Shown piece by piece: positions 1-9,737 of a stretch of DNA of 64,000 bases. The notes beneath the pieces are model-generated. The model was not told where the DNA came from. It was given only the letters and a program-made list of their open reading frames with translations, and did not search any database. Each line of letters opens with the position of its first letter. Within the stretch, counting starts at the first letter, position 1. The stretch comes from an uncultured virus (IMG/VR IMGVR_UViG_3300020221_001191) (Duplodnaviria; Heunggongvirae; Uroviricota; Caudoviricetes), in IMG/VR virus record IMGVR_UViG_3300020221_001191, one strand, 5' to 3'. The position numbers and the translations under genes are program-made.

Positions 1-84
1 AAAATTGTAAGGTTGTAAATTTCTTACCAACAATTGTTTTCGAAACAATTCAGAATTACCAAAAGACAAAAAACTATCTGCCAT
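1..84 (-). CDS. Partial CDS (N-terminus MADSFLSFGNSELFRKQLLVRNLQPYNF), probably tail/baseplate-associated
   Basis: ATG at 84 on minus strand, open to window edge; TATTTAT motif upstream; follows tape-measure-like gene. Confidence 0.6.
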   Translation of the reverse strand, partial: MADSFLSFGNSELFRKQLLVRNLQPYNF

Positions 85-134
85 TATTTTATTTTATAAA
101 TAGATAATAGAGGTTTTTTTTACAACTAAATCAC

Positions 135-1988
135 TTACTGCGGTTTGTTTTTAGTACCAGTCTCTGCTGATGGAGATTTACCAATCATAAGACTATAAAT
201 ACTTTTAGCAAAATCTTGGTCATTGAATGCCGCTTCTGCCACATTTTGAAAGTCTGATTTACTTAAATTTGCAGTATTGGGTCCTCCGTTAACAGTAACT
301 TCATGTTTTACCGTCACTTGACCTGAAGCCTCGACTTTTTTTGGATCTCCGTAAGCCTTTTCAAATGTATTTTTCATTTCTTGGAATGTTTTAGTAGCAG
401 CATCATCAATAGCTGTTTTTCCTTTTGTTTCCATGTCTGAAAGATTTTTAACTAAATCGCTCAAGTTTTTTTGGTATCCTTGTTCGTCTCCTTTAAGCAA
501 AGATTTAATTGACTCTTCTACAGGCGTTAATACTTGACTGATTGGTTTTCTAGTTCCCTCTGTTGTTATTGGTTGATTTATACCCCTCGCGTAATCTGTA
601 TTTAGTTTCATCATAGTAGTAAATAATTTTTCAACAGGTTCTGCGGTTGCCCTTCCAAAACCAACGGCCGCCTTTGTGCCACCTATCGCAAGATTAATTT
701 GTTGTAGTTGAGTTAATTGATCGTATGCTAATTGTTCAACAGTTTTTGCTTGTTCCGTTTGAGATTCTTTTAATTTTGTAATATCTTCGGGAGTCAATTG
801 ATCGACTTGTTTTAACACAACTTCTCCAGTTTTCTCATCTTTAACGTTTATAGTTGCAACTCCATCCTTCATTTGTGCCCCCCTAGCAATCAACTCTTTT
901 GTTTCTTTATTACCTTCGGCAAAACTTGGAAGTTTTATTTGGGACATTTTTTTGTCAAAGTCGGCGGCTTTAATAGACATCCCGGCAAGTTCATCAGCTG
1001 TCATTCCAAGAGCTCCTGCAACTTCGCGTAATCTTCTTTGAGCTCCTGGCATTATTTCAAACTTATTTGTTTGTTCATTAAATTTTGTAAATTCTTTAGA
1101 TATGTTTAATATTTCATTTTGTAGTGCTGCCGGATCATTTTGAGCCATGTCCATTGCTCTCAACGGATCTAATAATGCACCACTTGTAACTCCCAATCTT
1201 TGAAGTTCGGCCGACATTTCTATCGCTTTTTCAGGAGAAAATAAATCGTCGGCAATTTTGAATACTTTACTCATGTCTACCCCAAGTCTAGCTGCTTGAA
1301 CGGACATTTTAGTTAACCCCTCAATTCCATTGTTAAAATTATACAAATTTAATTTTCCGATATTTGATACAACTAAATTAGACACCCCTGCTACTGAAAC
1401 TCCAGCACTTCTTGCTGCGTTGGCAACTTTTAACATTTCATCTCCAACATCATATATTGATATTCCAACCTCTCTGAAGTTTTTAGTTAAAGTCCCTATT
1501 TCTTGTCCAGTACCTTGTGCGGCAGCACTCATTTCGACAATAGCCTCTTTACCTATACTTGCGGCCCCACCTAAACCTTCTGCCATTTTTTCTATATTTT
1601 TTACTGCGTTTTCTTGTTCAATTCCCATTCTAATTAAGTCTGGAGAAACGTCAGCTATAGATTGTCTGAATTCTTCCATTCTTCCTTTACCAACACCCAT
1701 AGTAGCCGACAAGGATGTTGCTTGTTCATCTAAAAGTTTAAGGAATGGATCTTTGTTCAATCCTTCACCAGCCAACGCATTACTTACTGATTGCATAGTG
1801 GATTGTGTTGTATCTAGAATACCTTTTAATCCGACAGTCCAAGAATTAATTAATTTTGGATTAAAGTTAAGTAAGTCTGATTTTTCCTCTAATGATCCTA
1901 CACCCCCTTGGATCCATTGTTTTTTAGCCTTTGCAATCTCGTCAGCAACTAATTTTTCAACCTCTGCTTTAGTAAATGTATCCCCCAT
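135..1988 (-). CDS. Tape measure-like tail protein
   Basis: 617 aa, Ala/Gln/Met-rich predicted helical sequence; directly downstream of sheath-tube-chaperone genes. Confidence 0.7.
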   Translation of the reverse strand: MGDTFTKAEVEKLVADEIAKAKKQWIQGGVGSLEEKSDLLNFNPKLINSWTVGLKGILDTTQSTMQSVSNALAGEGLNKDPFLKLLDEQATSLSATMGVGKGRMEEFRQSIADVSPDLIRMGIEQENAVKNIEKMAEGLGGAASIGKEAIVEMSAAAQGTGQEIGTLTKNFREVGISIYDVGDEMLKVANAARSAGVSVAGVSNLVVSNIGKLNLYNFNNGIEGLTKMSVQAARLGVDMSKVFKIADDLFSPEKAIEMSAELQRLGVTSGALLDPLRAMDMAQNDPAALQNEILNISKEFTKFNEQTNKFEIMPGAQRRLREVAGALGMTADELAGMSIKAADFDKKMSQIKLPSFAEGNKETKELIARGAQMKDGVATINVKDEKTGEVVLKQVDQLTPEDITKLKESQTEQAKTVEQLAYDQLTQLQQINLAIGGTKAAVGFGRATAEPVEKLFTTMMKLNTDYARGINQPITTEGTRKPISQVLTPVEESIKSLLKGDEQGYQKNLSDLVKNLSDMETKGKTAIDDAATKTFQEMKNTFEKAYGDPKKVEASGQVTVKHEVTVNGGPNTANLSKSDFQNVAEAAFNDQDFAKSIYSLMIGKSPSAETGTKNKPQ

Positions 1989-2013
1989 TATTTAGTTTTT
2001 TAAATAAATATTT

Positions 2014-2176
2014 TTAATCTTTGTTTTGTTCTTCAACAAATTTTTGTATTAAATACTTTCTTACATAAGTTGGCATTGACATAAACTCTGAATATTGAGT
2101 TCGGAATATTTTGGAAAAATAATAAAGTTCATCCAAAATTGTTTTTTTATAAGGCAAAGAAAGGCCGAAAAAACTC
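2014..2176 (-). CDS. Small tail/baseplate-hub chaperone extension (T4 gp51-like position), probably reached by frameshift from upstream ORF
   Basis: Overlaps 3' end of 2147..2917 in the +1 frame; no good independent start; 'SEFMSMPTYVRKYLI' resembles tail chaperone C-terminal segments. Confidence 0.6.
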
Positions 2177-2917
2177 CACCCCAAAAGTAATGTCAACCAT
2201 TACTCTTTCTCCTGACGGGGCGATTACTTCTTTTGATAAATCCAATCTTGGTTCGTTACTATATAAAAATTTTCTGATGTATTTAGAATCTAATATTGGC
2301 ATTGACTCCACAAACGATGATATTTTAATTCTATCTGTATCACCATCTAAAGAAACAATATGTTTATTCAATTTTGTAGTAATAGTTGGTGCCACTCTAA
2401 AAGAGGGATAGCTGGCTAGTGTTTTACTAAGGTCTATTGTTTCACTTAGAGATAGTAGTTTTAATGTTACATTTTTTTTCGAAACAGGTAATGTAACTTC
2501 AAAAAGTCCATGTTCGTTTGGACTTGTTTCTACTTTTTTATAATTCAATTCGTCTAAATAAACAGAGGTCGAAAAATTTTCGTTGGTTTTTGGGTCAACA
2601 ACGGTAACTTTATACTCTGGCCCAAATGCGGTGTTTCTTAGAAATAAAAGTATAGCTTCTACATCTCCGTCTAATAATTCTTCTGGTCTTAAATCGTGTT
2701 CGAAAAGTTTATTTCTTAATAGGGGTAGTATTATAGTTTCATTAACACTTCGTGTTCCATTAAAGTCCGACAGTATGTTTTCATCAACTGCCGTTAGGTA
2801 TCCTACTTTTACCGATTTTTTTTTAGATTTATAATAAACTCCTTGAGTTGGTAGGTTAATAACGTCATGTGGTAGAGTTAAATTCCCATGACCTACAGTG
2901 TATTCATTTTGTTCCAT
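2147..2917 (-). CDS. Baseplate hub / tail assembly chaperone (T4 gp26-like)
   Basis: LPTQGVYY, GDVEAILLFLRNTAFGPEY motifs, ends FFRP; lies between tube and tape measure. Confidence 0.7.
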   Translation of the reverse strand: MEQNEYTVGHGNLTLPHDVINLPTQGVYYKSKKKSVKVGYLTAVDENILSDFNGTRSVNETIILPLLRNKLFEHDLRPEELLDGDVEAILLFLRNTAFGPEYKVTVVDPKTNENFSTSVYLDELNYKKVETSPNEHGLFEVTLPVSKKNVTLKLLSLSETIDLSKTLASYPSFRVAPTITTKLNKHIVSLDGDTDRIKISSFVESMPILDSKYIRKFLYSNEPRLDLSKEVIAPSGERVMVDITFGVEFFRPFFAL

Positions 2918-2935
2918 TTTTTTTAAAAAAAAGAT

Positions 2936-2972
2936 AAAAAAAAACCGTAACTAGTAAAGTATACGGTCTTTT
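2936..2972 (-). terminator. Intrinsic terminator after tail tube gene
   Basis: ACCGTA...TACGGT stem followed by T-run on the minus strand. Confidence 0.55.
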
Positions 2973-2991
2973 ATAATATGTATGTTTTTTA

Positions 2992-3480
2992 TTAGTAAAC
3001 TAATATACATCTATCCATTTGCATTGAACAAGTAATTCCCGCAATACCATCTTGCGAATATGAAAGACTTCCTCCGTCGTAACCTAAAAGAAATGCCCCT
3101 TCTAATATCCATTTTTCAACTACAACACCTGTTGGGTCTAACATTTCAAGATCTACATTTTTTTTGTAACCTGCAGCATATCCCATACGACCTGTAACAG
3201 ACTCCGCACAGGTACGAATCCATTCCATAATTGCTTGAGACGCAGATGGTCCAATAGGGTCTCGAAATTTAACTTGAAGTGCTTCCCATTTAAATCTACC
3301 CGCAACATATGTTTCAGTGTTTAGAAACTCTATAGCTTTTGACGTAATCGTAAGTTTTGGGCGTGAGGTACTTTCAACATACCACTCATTTATTCCAAGT
3401 GACGATGGAAATCTGAGGATCCATCGGTTTTCCCTTTTTGGTTCGTAGGGAATCGGCATTTTCATTAACAAATCAGCCAT
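2992..3480 (-). CDS. Tail tube protein (T4 gp19-like)
   Basis: 162 aa; YEPKRENRW, AGRFKWE, GYAAGYKK, LDPTGVVVEKW motifs; near sheath gene. Confidence 0.85.
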   Translation of the reverse strand: MADLLMKMPIPYEPKRENRWILRFPSSLGINEWYVESTSRPKLTITSKAIEFLNTETYVAGRFKWEALQVKFRDPIGPSASQAIMEWIRTCAESVTGRMGYAAGYKKNVDLEMLDPTGVVVEKWILEGAFLLGYDGGSLSYSQDGIAGITCSMQMDRCILVY

Positions 3481-3591
3481 GTTTTAATTTTTTTTTAATT
3501 TTGTTTTATTTTTTATTATAAATATGAAGTTTTGAAAAATTTTCTATTTACTTCGAATTTTTTTTAAATTAATTATTATTTAGTGGTTTAA

Positions 3592-4422
3592 TTATTTAAA
3601 TTTAGTTTTTTTTCCACCTCCTGTATGATAAATATCTAATCCTGATTCATCATCAAAATTTCTTTTCATCGCTCGAACGTTTTTTAAATCATCATCTGAA
3701 AATCCAATATATGGAGTAAAGTGATTACTTATTTTGTTCTTCAGATAAGCCTTTTCTTGTAGTCTTTGAGATAGTGTCCTAATATACTCCATAAACTGTT
3801 TCATCGCACTTACTTTAAGTTCTTCAGGATTCGCAGCAGAACCCTCACCGAAAGTGACAGGATGATACTTACACATTTCTAAATAAGATTGGATCAATTC
3901 TTCATCGGACAAATCTTCCTCATCATTTATTTCACGATATTTTCGAAGATTTTTTACTAACTTATCTTTATCTAATCCATGTTTATTTTTTTTTATAAGT
4001 TGATATATTGTAGTTTTAAATATACTTGGTGTGTGTCCTCTTGCGGTAATTATTGAAAAAATTGATCCGTTATTTACTGCCTCCACAAAATCGGGCCAAG
4101 CAGGACCTACAGGTGAATTCATAGAATCAATCAAAAATTGATCATCATATGTTACACCAAACTCTATGTAATCATCTTTTGCCGTACCGATTATAGTATG
4201 TCCTTTATAATTAAAAGGTTTTTTTCCTACAATTTCTCTATATTTAGCAAAATCTTTTGTGGTCATACCAACAACATTTCCTTCATCATCCTTTAGACGG
4301 ATAAAAGTTGGCATATACATTAAATTATCATCCCAGTCAAACGCATAATATTTCATTGTTGGTGTCAGTTGGTCTTGTATTATTTCTGATATAATACCTC
4401 TTACTAATTTTTTATAGTCCAT
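3592..4422 (-). CDS. HAD-superfamily phosphatase-like protein with N-terminal leader
   Basis: FDWDDN (DxD motif I), ITARG (motif II), GFSDDD (motif IV). Confidence 0.7.
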   Translation of the reverse strand: MDYKKLVRGIISEIIQDQLTPTMKYYAFDWDDNLMYMPTFIRLKDDEGNVVGMTTKDFAKYREIVGKKPFNYKGHTIIGTAKDDYIEFGVTYDDQFLIDSMNSPVGPAWPDFVEAVNNGSIFSIITARGHTPSIFKTTIYQLIKKNKHGLDKDKLVKNLRKYREINDEEDLSDEELIQSYLEMCKYHPVTFGEGSAANPEELKVSAMKQFMEYIRTLSQRLQEKAYLKNKISNHFTPYIGFSDDDLKNVRAMKRNFDDESGLDIYHTGGGKKTKFK

Positions 4423-4443
4423 AATAATAAATATTCTATAAAT

Positions 4444-4472
4444 AAAAAAAAGGGGAACTAATGTCCCCCTTT
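4444..4472 (-). terminator. Intrinsic terminator after tail sheath gene
   Basis: Minus strand AGGGGGAC-ATTA-GTTCCCCT followed by T-run. Confidence 0.75.
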
Positions 4473-4489
4473 CATTTTAATTAACCACA

Positions 4490-7400
4490 CTAAATGTTTT
4501 CGAAAGATGCTCCTGTTGGAGTAATATAGAATGTAATGTCAATGAATTCGAGAGACCTTGTTGGTTTGATGTAAATTTTTCCTGTTAATTGGTTTCTATC
4601 AATATCTTCAGGATCGCTTGAAACTGTAACTCTGAAGTCAAATAAACCTCGATCTCTTCTAATTGAGTCTAAAATTGGATTAACTGCGTTTAGGAAGTCT
4701 TGTCTAACTTGTGCGTCGTTCTGTTCGAACAATAATCGTACTGAAACCGCTGAAATTAACTTACGTGCTTGTAACAATAATCTTCTAACATTGATTCTAT
4801 CAAGAGCGGATTCTCGTAATTGTAGTGTTTTGTTACCCCATATTACAGTTCCTACGTCAGAATAAGTTGCAATTGGATTAATTCTACCAACATATAAAAT
4901 GTCTCTATCCTCTTGAGTCAATTTTTTACGAGCTTTGATACAATTAACTATACCTCTAGTATATCCTGCTGCCGCAAACCATGGAAAGGCAATATTATCT
5001 GTTAAGGCTAAGTTTCTTGTTACTTCAGCTGTTGGTGGGATATAAATTTGAGTGTTATTTACACTATCTCTTGTCAATACCCACGGATAATAAGTTGCCG
5101 TATAGTTTGAATCAATTCCTGTATTTTCTAAATTATCAACCGCTTCTGTTGGGTAAATGAAACCGTCGATACCAGTTACAGTTGGTAAATATAAATCATA
5201 ATCGGGCGTTGTACATACATACAAAGAATCCGCTCTGTTAAATTCTATCATTTGAACTGCATCCTCAACTAAGTTACTATTATTTAAATAATCAATACCG
5301 GGTGTCACAAAAAGATTTATATTTACTGCTTCAGGATTCGAAAAAGTTTGTTGTCCTAATAAGTATGCGTAGTAGTCGGTGTTTGCAAAATTCTGAGTTC
5401 CATCTCCCAAAGAAATTTCTTTAAAAGCTCCCCAACCCGTCGCGTTAGGGTATCTACTCGATGGACAAGCTCCTCGTAGATAACCGGCTCTACCAATTTG
5501 AAATCTATCTTCGTTTGTTCTGTATTCTCTATATATATCCCACCCATCAAATCCACCTTGTACTAAGAATGTGAATTTACGTGCGAATAATCTATAATAT
5601 GTATTTGTTGGTAATTCAGGTTCAGTTATGAAAGCAGAGTTACCACAGACAAATCTTGGAGACCCACTTGTTGAAAATTCAGGACCAAGTGTTAAACCAC
5701 TTGCATTTATGTCCATGTGGAAACCTGCAGATCTGTAATTGAACGGAAGACCATCAATATCACAAGAATTTAAAGGATTTCGCTTACCAACATGTTCGAA
5801 AAATGCAGGATCCCAACCTAGATTATTAGAAATACCTAAGTAAGTTCTTCTCACGTTGTCTCCTGGACTTACCAACGAATCGTCATTACCTGAAGATAAA
5901 CCAAATGGTGGATTGTAAATTACCTCACCAGGGAAGTCATATTTACCTTTGATAATTGGGAAAGGTGATTTTGCGCCTGCATAATTTCTAAAGTTAAACC
6001 CGTTAAATCCGCAAGGAAGTGCGTCAATTGGAGCGTCTTCATTCATTTCAACCATTACATATTTTGAATTCAAAATGTATTCCCCATCAAGAGTACCAAT
6101 TTTATTTGCAATAAAGTTGTTCTGTCCAGGATCCATTGTACAATTTGTAAATTTTTCTAAAACTACAGGGTTTGCATCGGTATCAAAATAGTCACGAATT
6201 AACACATCAAATGTTAAATTATTATAGGTTTGATTGATCAACGATATTTTAATCAAAGTGTTTGCCGCATCACCATCAGAAATTGTATAAAATCTAAATA
6301 AATCGTAAACTTTGTTACCACGTAATTCAGAAACAACATATGGAGAAACTGGTGTTTGCCATCTATCTAAATACCAACCAATCGAATTAGGGTCTCCACT
6401 TTGAGCAGAGTCTAACTCTATAAAATTGGGGTTAAGGCCTCGTATATAACCCTTTCTCCAAGAATAATTTAACCACGATTGGAAAACTTCTTCATTGAAC
6501 AAAGGAACTTCGATTCTTGGTTTTTGAAAATTAGAAATCCCAAATACTTTACTAATATATTCAGGATCGTTTTGTGATAAAGATGTTTCGAATGAAAAAT
6601 TTGTTCCGAATTTGTCTGTACAATTGACTGCGAATGTTAAATAGGGATTTTTAAGAACCCCTATATATTTACCTGTCATATCCAAACTAGCGTCCGTAAT
6701 TCCTGTTACTGAATAAAGTGGATTTGTATCTGTGGTGTAAGTTGAAATACCTCTTGACCTTAATGTCGCAACAACAACATTGTCGTAATCAACGTAAGAC
6801 GTTCCTGTAAAGTAGTATATTTTACCAACAATAGTTCCCGCATAACATTGTATATTCACAGGAGTTGGGGTTGGTGTTGGTGATACAAAAGGAGAGGGAG
6901 TTATACATGGATTTACCGCAGATGGTGTTGGTGTTGGTGATGCACTCGCCTGTGGTGTTGGTGTTGGGAAAGGAAAATATGCTGTTAAACCAGAAATTAA
7001 AGTAGAGAACGAAAAACCAGTATAGTTGGTATTGCCCATGTTATTAAACAAAGAGTAATACCATGAATCGTTAAACGATGACTCCAAATTAGTATCATCC
7101 AATGACACTGAAGGAACTTCGAAAACATTTGTTTCTGCCGTCCAACCAGCCCCATTTAAAATATTATAATCACCAGTATCAATTGATCCAAAATAAGCAA
7201 TTTGTTCATCCTCAGCCAAATATGGGTTATTACTTGTAATTACATTGAAAATTAAATTATTGATTTGAGTTTCCAATGTTGAAGTATCCCCATTGAATTC
7301 TTCATACTGTTCTGTGAGAATCGATTGAATTTCGTAAGGAAAATTTGCTTGAAAGCCAATAGTCGAAGTTGAGTTAGTGCAAGCCGTAAAAGGTACTGAA

Positions 7401-7840
7401 AACACTAACTCTTTAGGTATAACACAAACATTTTCACAGGTATTGAAGTTAAAAATAGAACTCAAGCACCAAATACCTATTGTGGATGGATCAACATTAG
7501 CCGAAGTTGTGATCGACCAAGATGGTCCAGCATCGTAACCTGATAACCCTAAAATTCGTGTTACAAATAATTGGTTTGATTGTTGTAGATATGCTTTTGC
7601 AATATATGATGCCTCAAATTTTGGAATTTGTGTATTTACAAATTTTTCAGGTGAAGTCCCTCCGAATACTGTTTGGAATTCATTGAAATTTGTTATGAAA
7701 ATAGGTTCGAATGCTGGACCTATTAAAGTTTCACCTACTATACCTAATGTAGTTACTCCCACACTTTGAGATACGAAACTCAAATCAACTTCAGAAGTAT
7801 ATACTCCAGGTGAAACGAAAACTTTACTGTTTGTTGGCAT
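4490..7840 (-). CDS. Contractile tail sheath protein
   Basis: SPGVYTSEVDLS N-terminus; PWFAAAGYTRG, INPI, WGNKTL, INVRRLL, FEQND, IKPTRSLEFI C-terminal sheath motifs. Confidence 0.95.
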   Translation of the reverse strand: MPTNSKVFVSPGVYTSEVDLSFVSQSVGVTTLGIVGETLIGPAFEPIFITNFNEFQTVFGGTSPEKFVNTQIPKFEASYIAKAYLQQSNQLFVTRILGLSGYDAGPSWSITTSANVDPSTIGIWCLSSIFNFNTCENVCVIPKELVFSVPFTACTNSTSTIGFQANFPYEIQSILTEQYEEFNGDTSTLETQINNLIFNVITSNNPYLAEDEQIAYFGSIDTGDYNILNGAGWTAETNVFEVPSVSLDDTNLESSFNDSWYYSLFNNMGNTNYTGFSFSTLISGLTAYFPFPTPTPQASASPTPTPSAVNPCITPSPFVSPTPTPTPVNIQCYAGTIVGKIYYFTGTSYVDYDNVVVATLRSRGISTYTTDTNPLYSVTGITDASLDMTGKYIGVLKNPYLTFAVNCTDKFGTNFSFETSLSQNDPEYISKVFGISNFQKPRIEVPLFNEEVFQSWLNYSWRKGYIRGLNPNFIELDSAQSGDPNSIGWYLDRWQTPVSPYVVSELRGNKVYDLFRFYTISDGDAANTLIKISLINQTYNNLTFDVLIRDYFDTDANPVVLEKFTNCTMDPGQNNFIANKIGTLDGEYILNSKYVMVEMNEDAPIDALPCGFNGFNFRNYAGAKSPFPIIKGKYDFPGEVIYNPPFGLSSGNDDSLVSPGDNVRRTYLGISNNLGWDPAFFEHVGKRNPLNSCDIDGLPFNYRSAGFHMDINASGLTLGPEFSTSGSPRFVCGNSAFITEPELPTNTYYRLFARKFTFLVQGGFDGWDIYREYRTNEDRFQIGRAGYLRGACPSSRYPNATGWGAFKEISLGDGTQNFANTDYYAYLLGQQTFSNPEAVNINLFVTPGIDYLNNSNLVEDAVQMIEFNRADSLYVCTTPDYDLYLPTVTGIDGFIYPTEAVDNLENTGIDSNYTATYYPWVLTRDSVNNTQIYIPPTAEVTRNLALTDNIAFPWFAAAGYTRGIVNCIKARKKLTQEDRDILYVGRINPIATYSDVGTVIWGNKTLQLRESALDRINVRRLLLQARKLISAVSVRLLFEQNDAQVRQDFLNAVNPILDSIRRDRGLFDFRVTVSSDPEDIDRNQLTGKIYIKPTRSLEFIDITFYITPTGASFENI

Positions 7841-7927
7841 TTTTGAAAAGTCTTTATTTATTTATTTTTACTATAAATATTGCAATTTTTTGTAAAAACT
7901 TTACATTGATCAAAATATTTATACTTT

Positions 7928-7957
7928 GGTAGGATTTTATTCTGCCTTTATTCTACC
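7928..7957 (+). promoter_or_regulatory. Candidate operator for the adjacent RHH protein
   Basis: GGTAGGAT followed by direct repeat TTTATTCTGCC / TTTATTCTACC, which is also inverted relative to the first element. Confidence 0.4.
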
Positions 7958-7963
7958 TATGTT

Positions 7964-8125
7964 ATGAAAGATCCGAAGAAAATAAAAAATCTTAAAATAG
8001 ATGCAGAAGTTCACAATGTGTTAAAAAAATATTGTGATAAACGAGGTGTTAAAATGTATAAATTTTTGGAAAATTTAATTTTAGAAAAATGTAAAGAAAA
8101 AAAAGATATTTACGGAGAATTTTAA
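7964..8125 (+). CDS. Small ribbon-helix-helix (Arc/CopG-like) DNA-binding protein, 53 aa, absent from ORF track
   Basis: MKDPKKIKNLKIDAEVHNVLKKYCDKRGVKMYKFLENLILEKCKEKKDIYGEF: alternating strand followed by two helices with Gly turn. Confidence 0.75.
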   Translation: MKDPKKIKNLKIDAEVHNVLKKYCDKRGVKMYKFLENLILEKCKEKKDIYGEF

Positions 8126-9165
8126 ATTAAAATTTGTACAAAAGATATTTCAGATTCCAATCCAAGATTTAATTTAGTAACATCAATTTTTAAAGTGTCA
8201 TCCGTATTAATCTGAATTAATGTAACGTCGTCACCATAGTACTGATCATTAATATATACTGAATAACTTATAATGTTAACTGTGTTTTGAAAATTCAAAT
8301 TACATGTATATTCAAAAAAATATTCTCGTGATAAGTTTCCTATAGGATAGTTAAGTGTTATTATTTGTGGTTGAACAGGATCTTGTTTTTTTTGGGGTCT
8401 TTTTATTGGTCTTTGATCTACTTCATACATTTGGATAGTTCTTGATATCGCAGGACTGACCTCAAATTTATTTTCATCGATTAAAAACCCCATCATTGTA
8501 AAATCATACTTTTGAATATAGTATTTTCTTTTTTCTAAATCCATTACAGACTCGTCCGTGAATGAATCATTAATAATTGGAATATAATGTCCGTTTATTG
8601 TTTGATACGCTTGTCTTGAAGCAAAAGTTTCCATTACTCTTTGATTTAATGTATTAACCTCTCTCATTCTATTACAAACTATTGCAACTGAGTATTTTAA
8701 ATCGATAGGAAGTGGTTGTGGTATTTTATAAATGTCAGATCCTACAACATTTCCATTCCATGTTGGTACTTGCATATAATAATACATTCTTCTATTAGGA
8801 ATACCATACATCACCGCAGGGTTGTTTCCGTATTTAACTTCAGGGTTTCTAATAACCGTAATAAAGGGTGGTTCTAAGTTCTTATCGATATTTTGTAAGT
8901 CCCATGTTTCAACAAACTGAGACCAATTTTGAGTTGTTACTAATATATCAACAACAGGTATATTAATTCCTTCAGAAACAATTTTGAATTTTTCTTTTAC
9001 AAAATCCAAAAATCCACGATCCAAATCTGTATGAAGAAGCGATTTAGGAAGATAAGTTCCATCTTTGGTAATCATATCTTTGATTTGTTCCCTTCTTGGT
9101 AAAAGAGTTTTTGGGTAAGTCAAAGGTAATGTAGGTTTAACAGGTCCTTTCTTTGGTATTGCCAT
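8122..9165 (-). CDS. Tail terminator / sheath stabiliser (T4 gp15-like position)
   Basis: 347 aa between neck gene and sheath; PQPLPIDLKYSV segment. Confidence 0.5.
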   Translation of the reverse strand: MAIPKKGPVKPTLPLTYPKTLLPRREQIKDMITKDGTYLPKSLLHTDLDRGFLDFVKEKFKIVSEGINIPVVDILVTTQNWSQFVETWDLQNIDKNLEPPFITVIRNPEVKYGNNPAVMYGIPNRRMYYYMQVPTWNGNVVGSDIYKIPQPLPIDLKYSVAIVCNRMREVNTLNQRVMETFASRQAYQTINGHYIPIINDSFTDESVMDLEKRKYYIQKYDFTMMGFLIDENKFEVSPAISRTIQMYEVDQRPIKRPQKKQDPVQPQIITLNYPIGNLSREYFFEYTCNLNFQNTVNIISYSVYINDQYYGDDVTLIQINTDDTLKIDVTKLNLGLESEISFVQILI

Positions 9166-9680
9166 TATAATCCTCTAAATTCATTTGGTCCAACAGGAGC
9201 CGCGATTATGGTCTTGAAAAAAGGTTTGAACCCTTTATACGTATGTTTTGTATCAGATACAACTCGACCATCATTAACAACCGTATAATAACGAACAAAA
9301 TTTTCACTATCGTAATAACCAACGTAGTCTCCAAAATCAATATCTATTTGTAAATCTTGTAAAGTTTTCAAATAAACCGATATTGTAATGTTTCCTGGCT
9401 CAACCTGATCCATTTTTGTTGATGTCCCAATAAATTTGTTTTCGGGGGCTGCGATAGTTACTTGAGCATTAAACTCAACGGGGGGTAAAAATTTTATTCC
9501 GTCACTAACAACTTCACCATAAACATCATCGGTTTTAATTTTGTTTGTATCAATTTTATATAAAACACAAGTGTAATTCATGTCACCAATTAACCACTCT
9601 TGACCCATACCAATCTCAAGTTCAAAGTCTTTATCTCCAAAAAATTTACCAAGTCTTGTTATTGGAACATTACTCTTCAT
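9165..9680 (-). CDS. Neck / head-closure protein (T4 gp14-like)
   Basis: TDDVYGE motif, 171 aa, TATTTAT upstream, morphogenesis context. Confidence 0.6.
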   Translation of the reverse strand: MKSNVPITRLGKFFGDKDFELEIGMGQEWLIGDMNYTCVLYKIDTNKIKTDDVYGEVVSDGIKFLPPVEFNAQVTIAAPENKFIGTSTKMDQVEPGNITISVYLKTLQDLQIDIDFGDYVGYYDSENFVRYYTVVNDGRVVSDTKHTYKGFKPFFKTIIAAPVGPNEFRGL

Positions 9681-9737
9681 TATATTGTTTTATTGATAAA
9701 TATTTATTTTATTGTTATTTTTAGTAAAAGACTTTTA

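Noticed and set aside
1330..1995. 221-aa plus-strand ORF and other short antisense ORFs (e.g. 10835, 17209, 18455, 37373, 40679)
   Set aside because: Antisense to well-supported genes, with no recognisable motifs
9600..9737. N-terminal extensions given by the ORF track (also 23578-23706, 20050-20127, 39978-40067, 56853-56891)
   Set aside because: They overlap neighbouring genes or promoter motifs; downstream starts fit better
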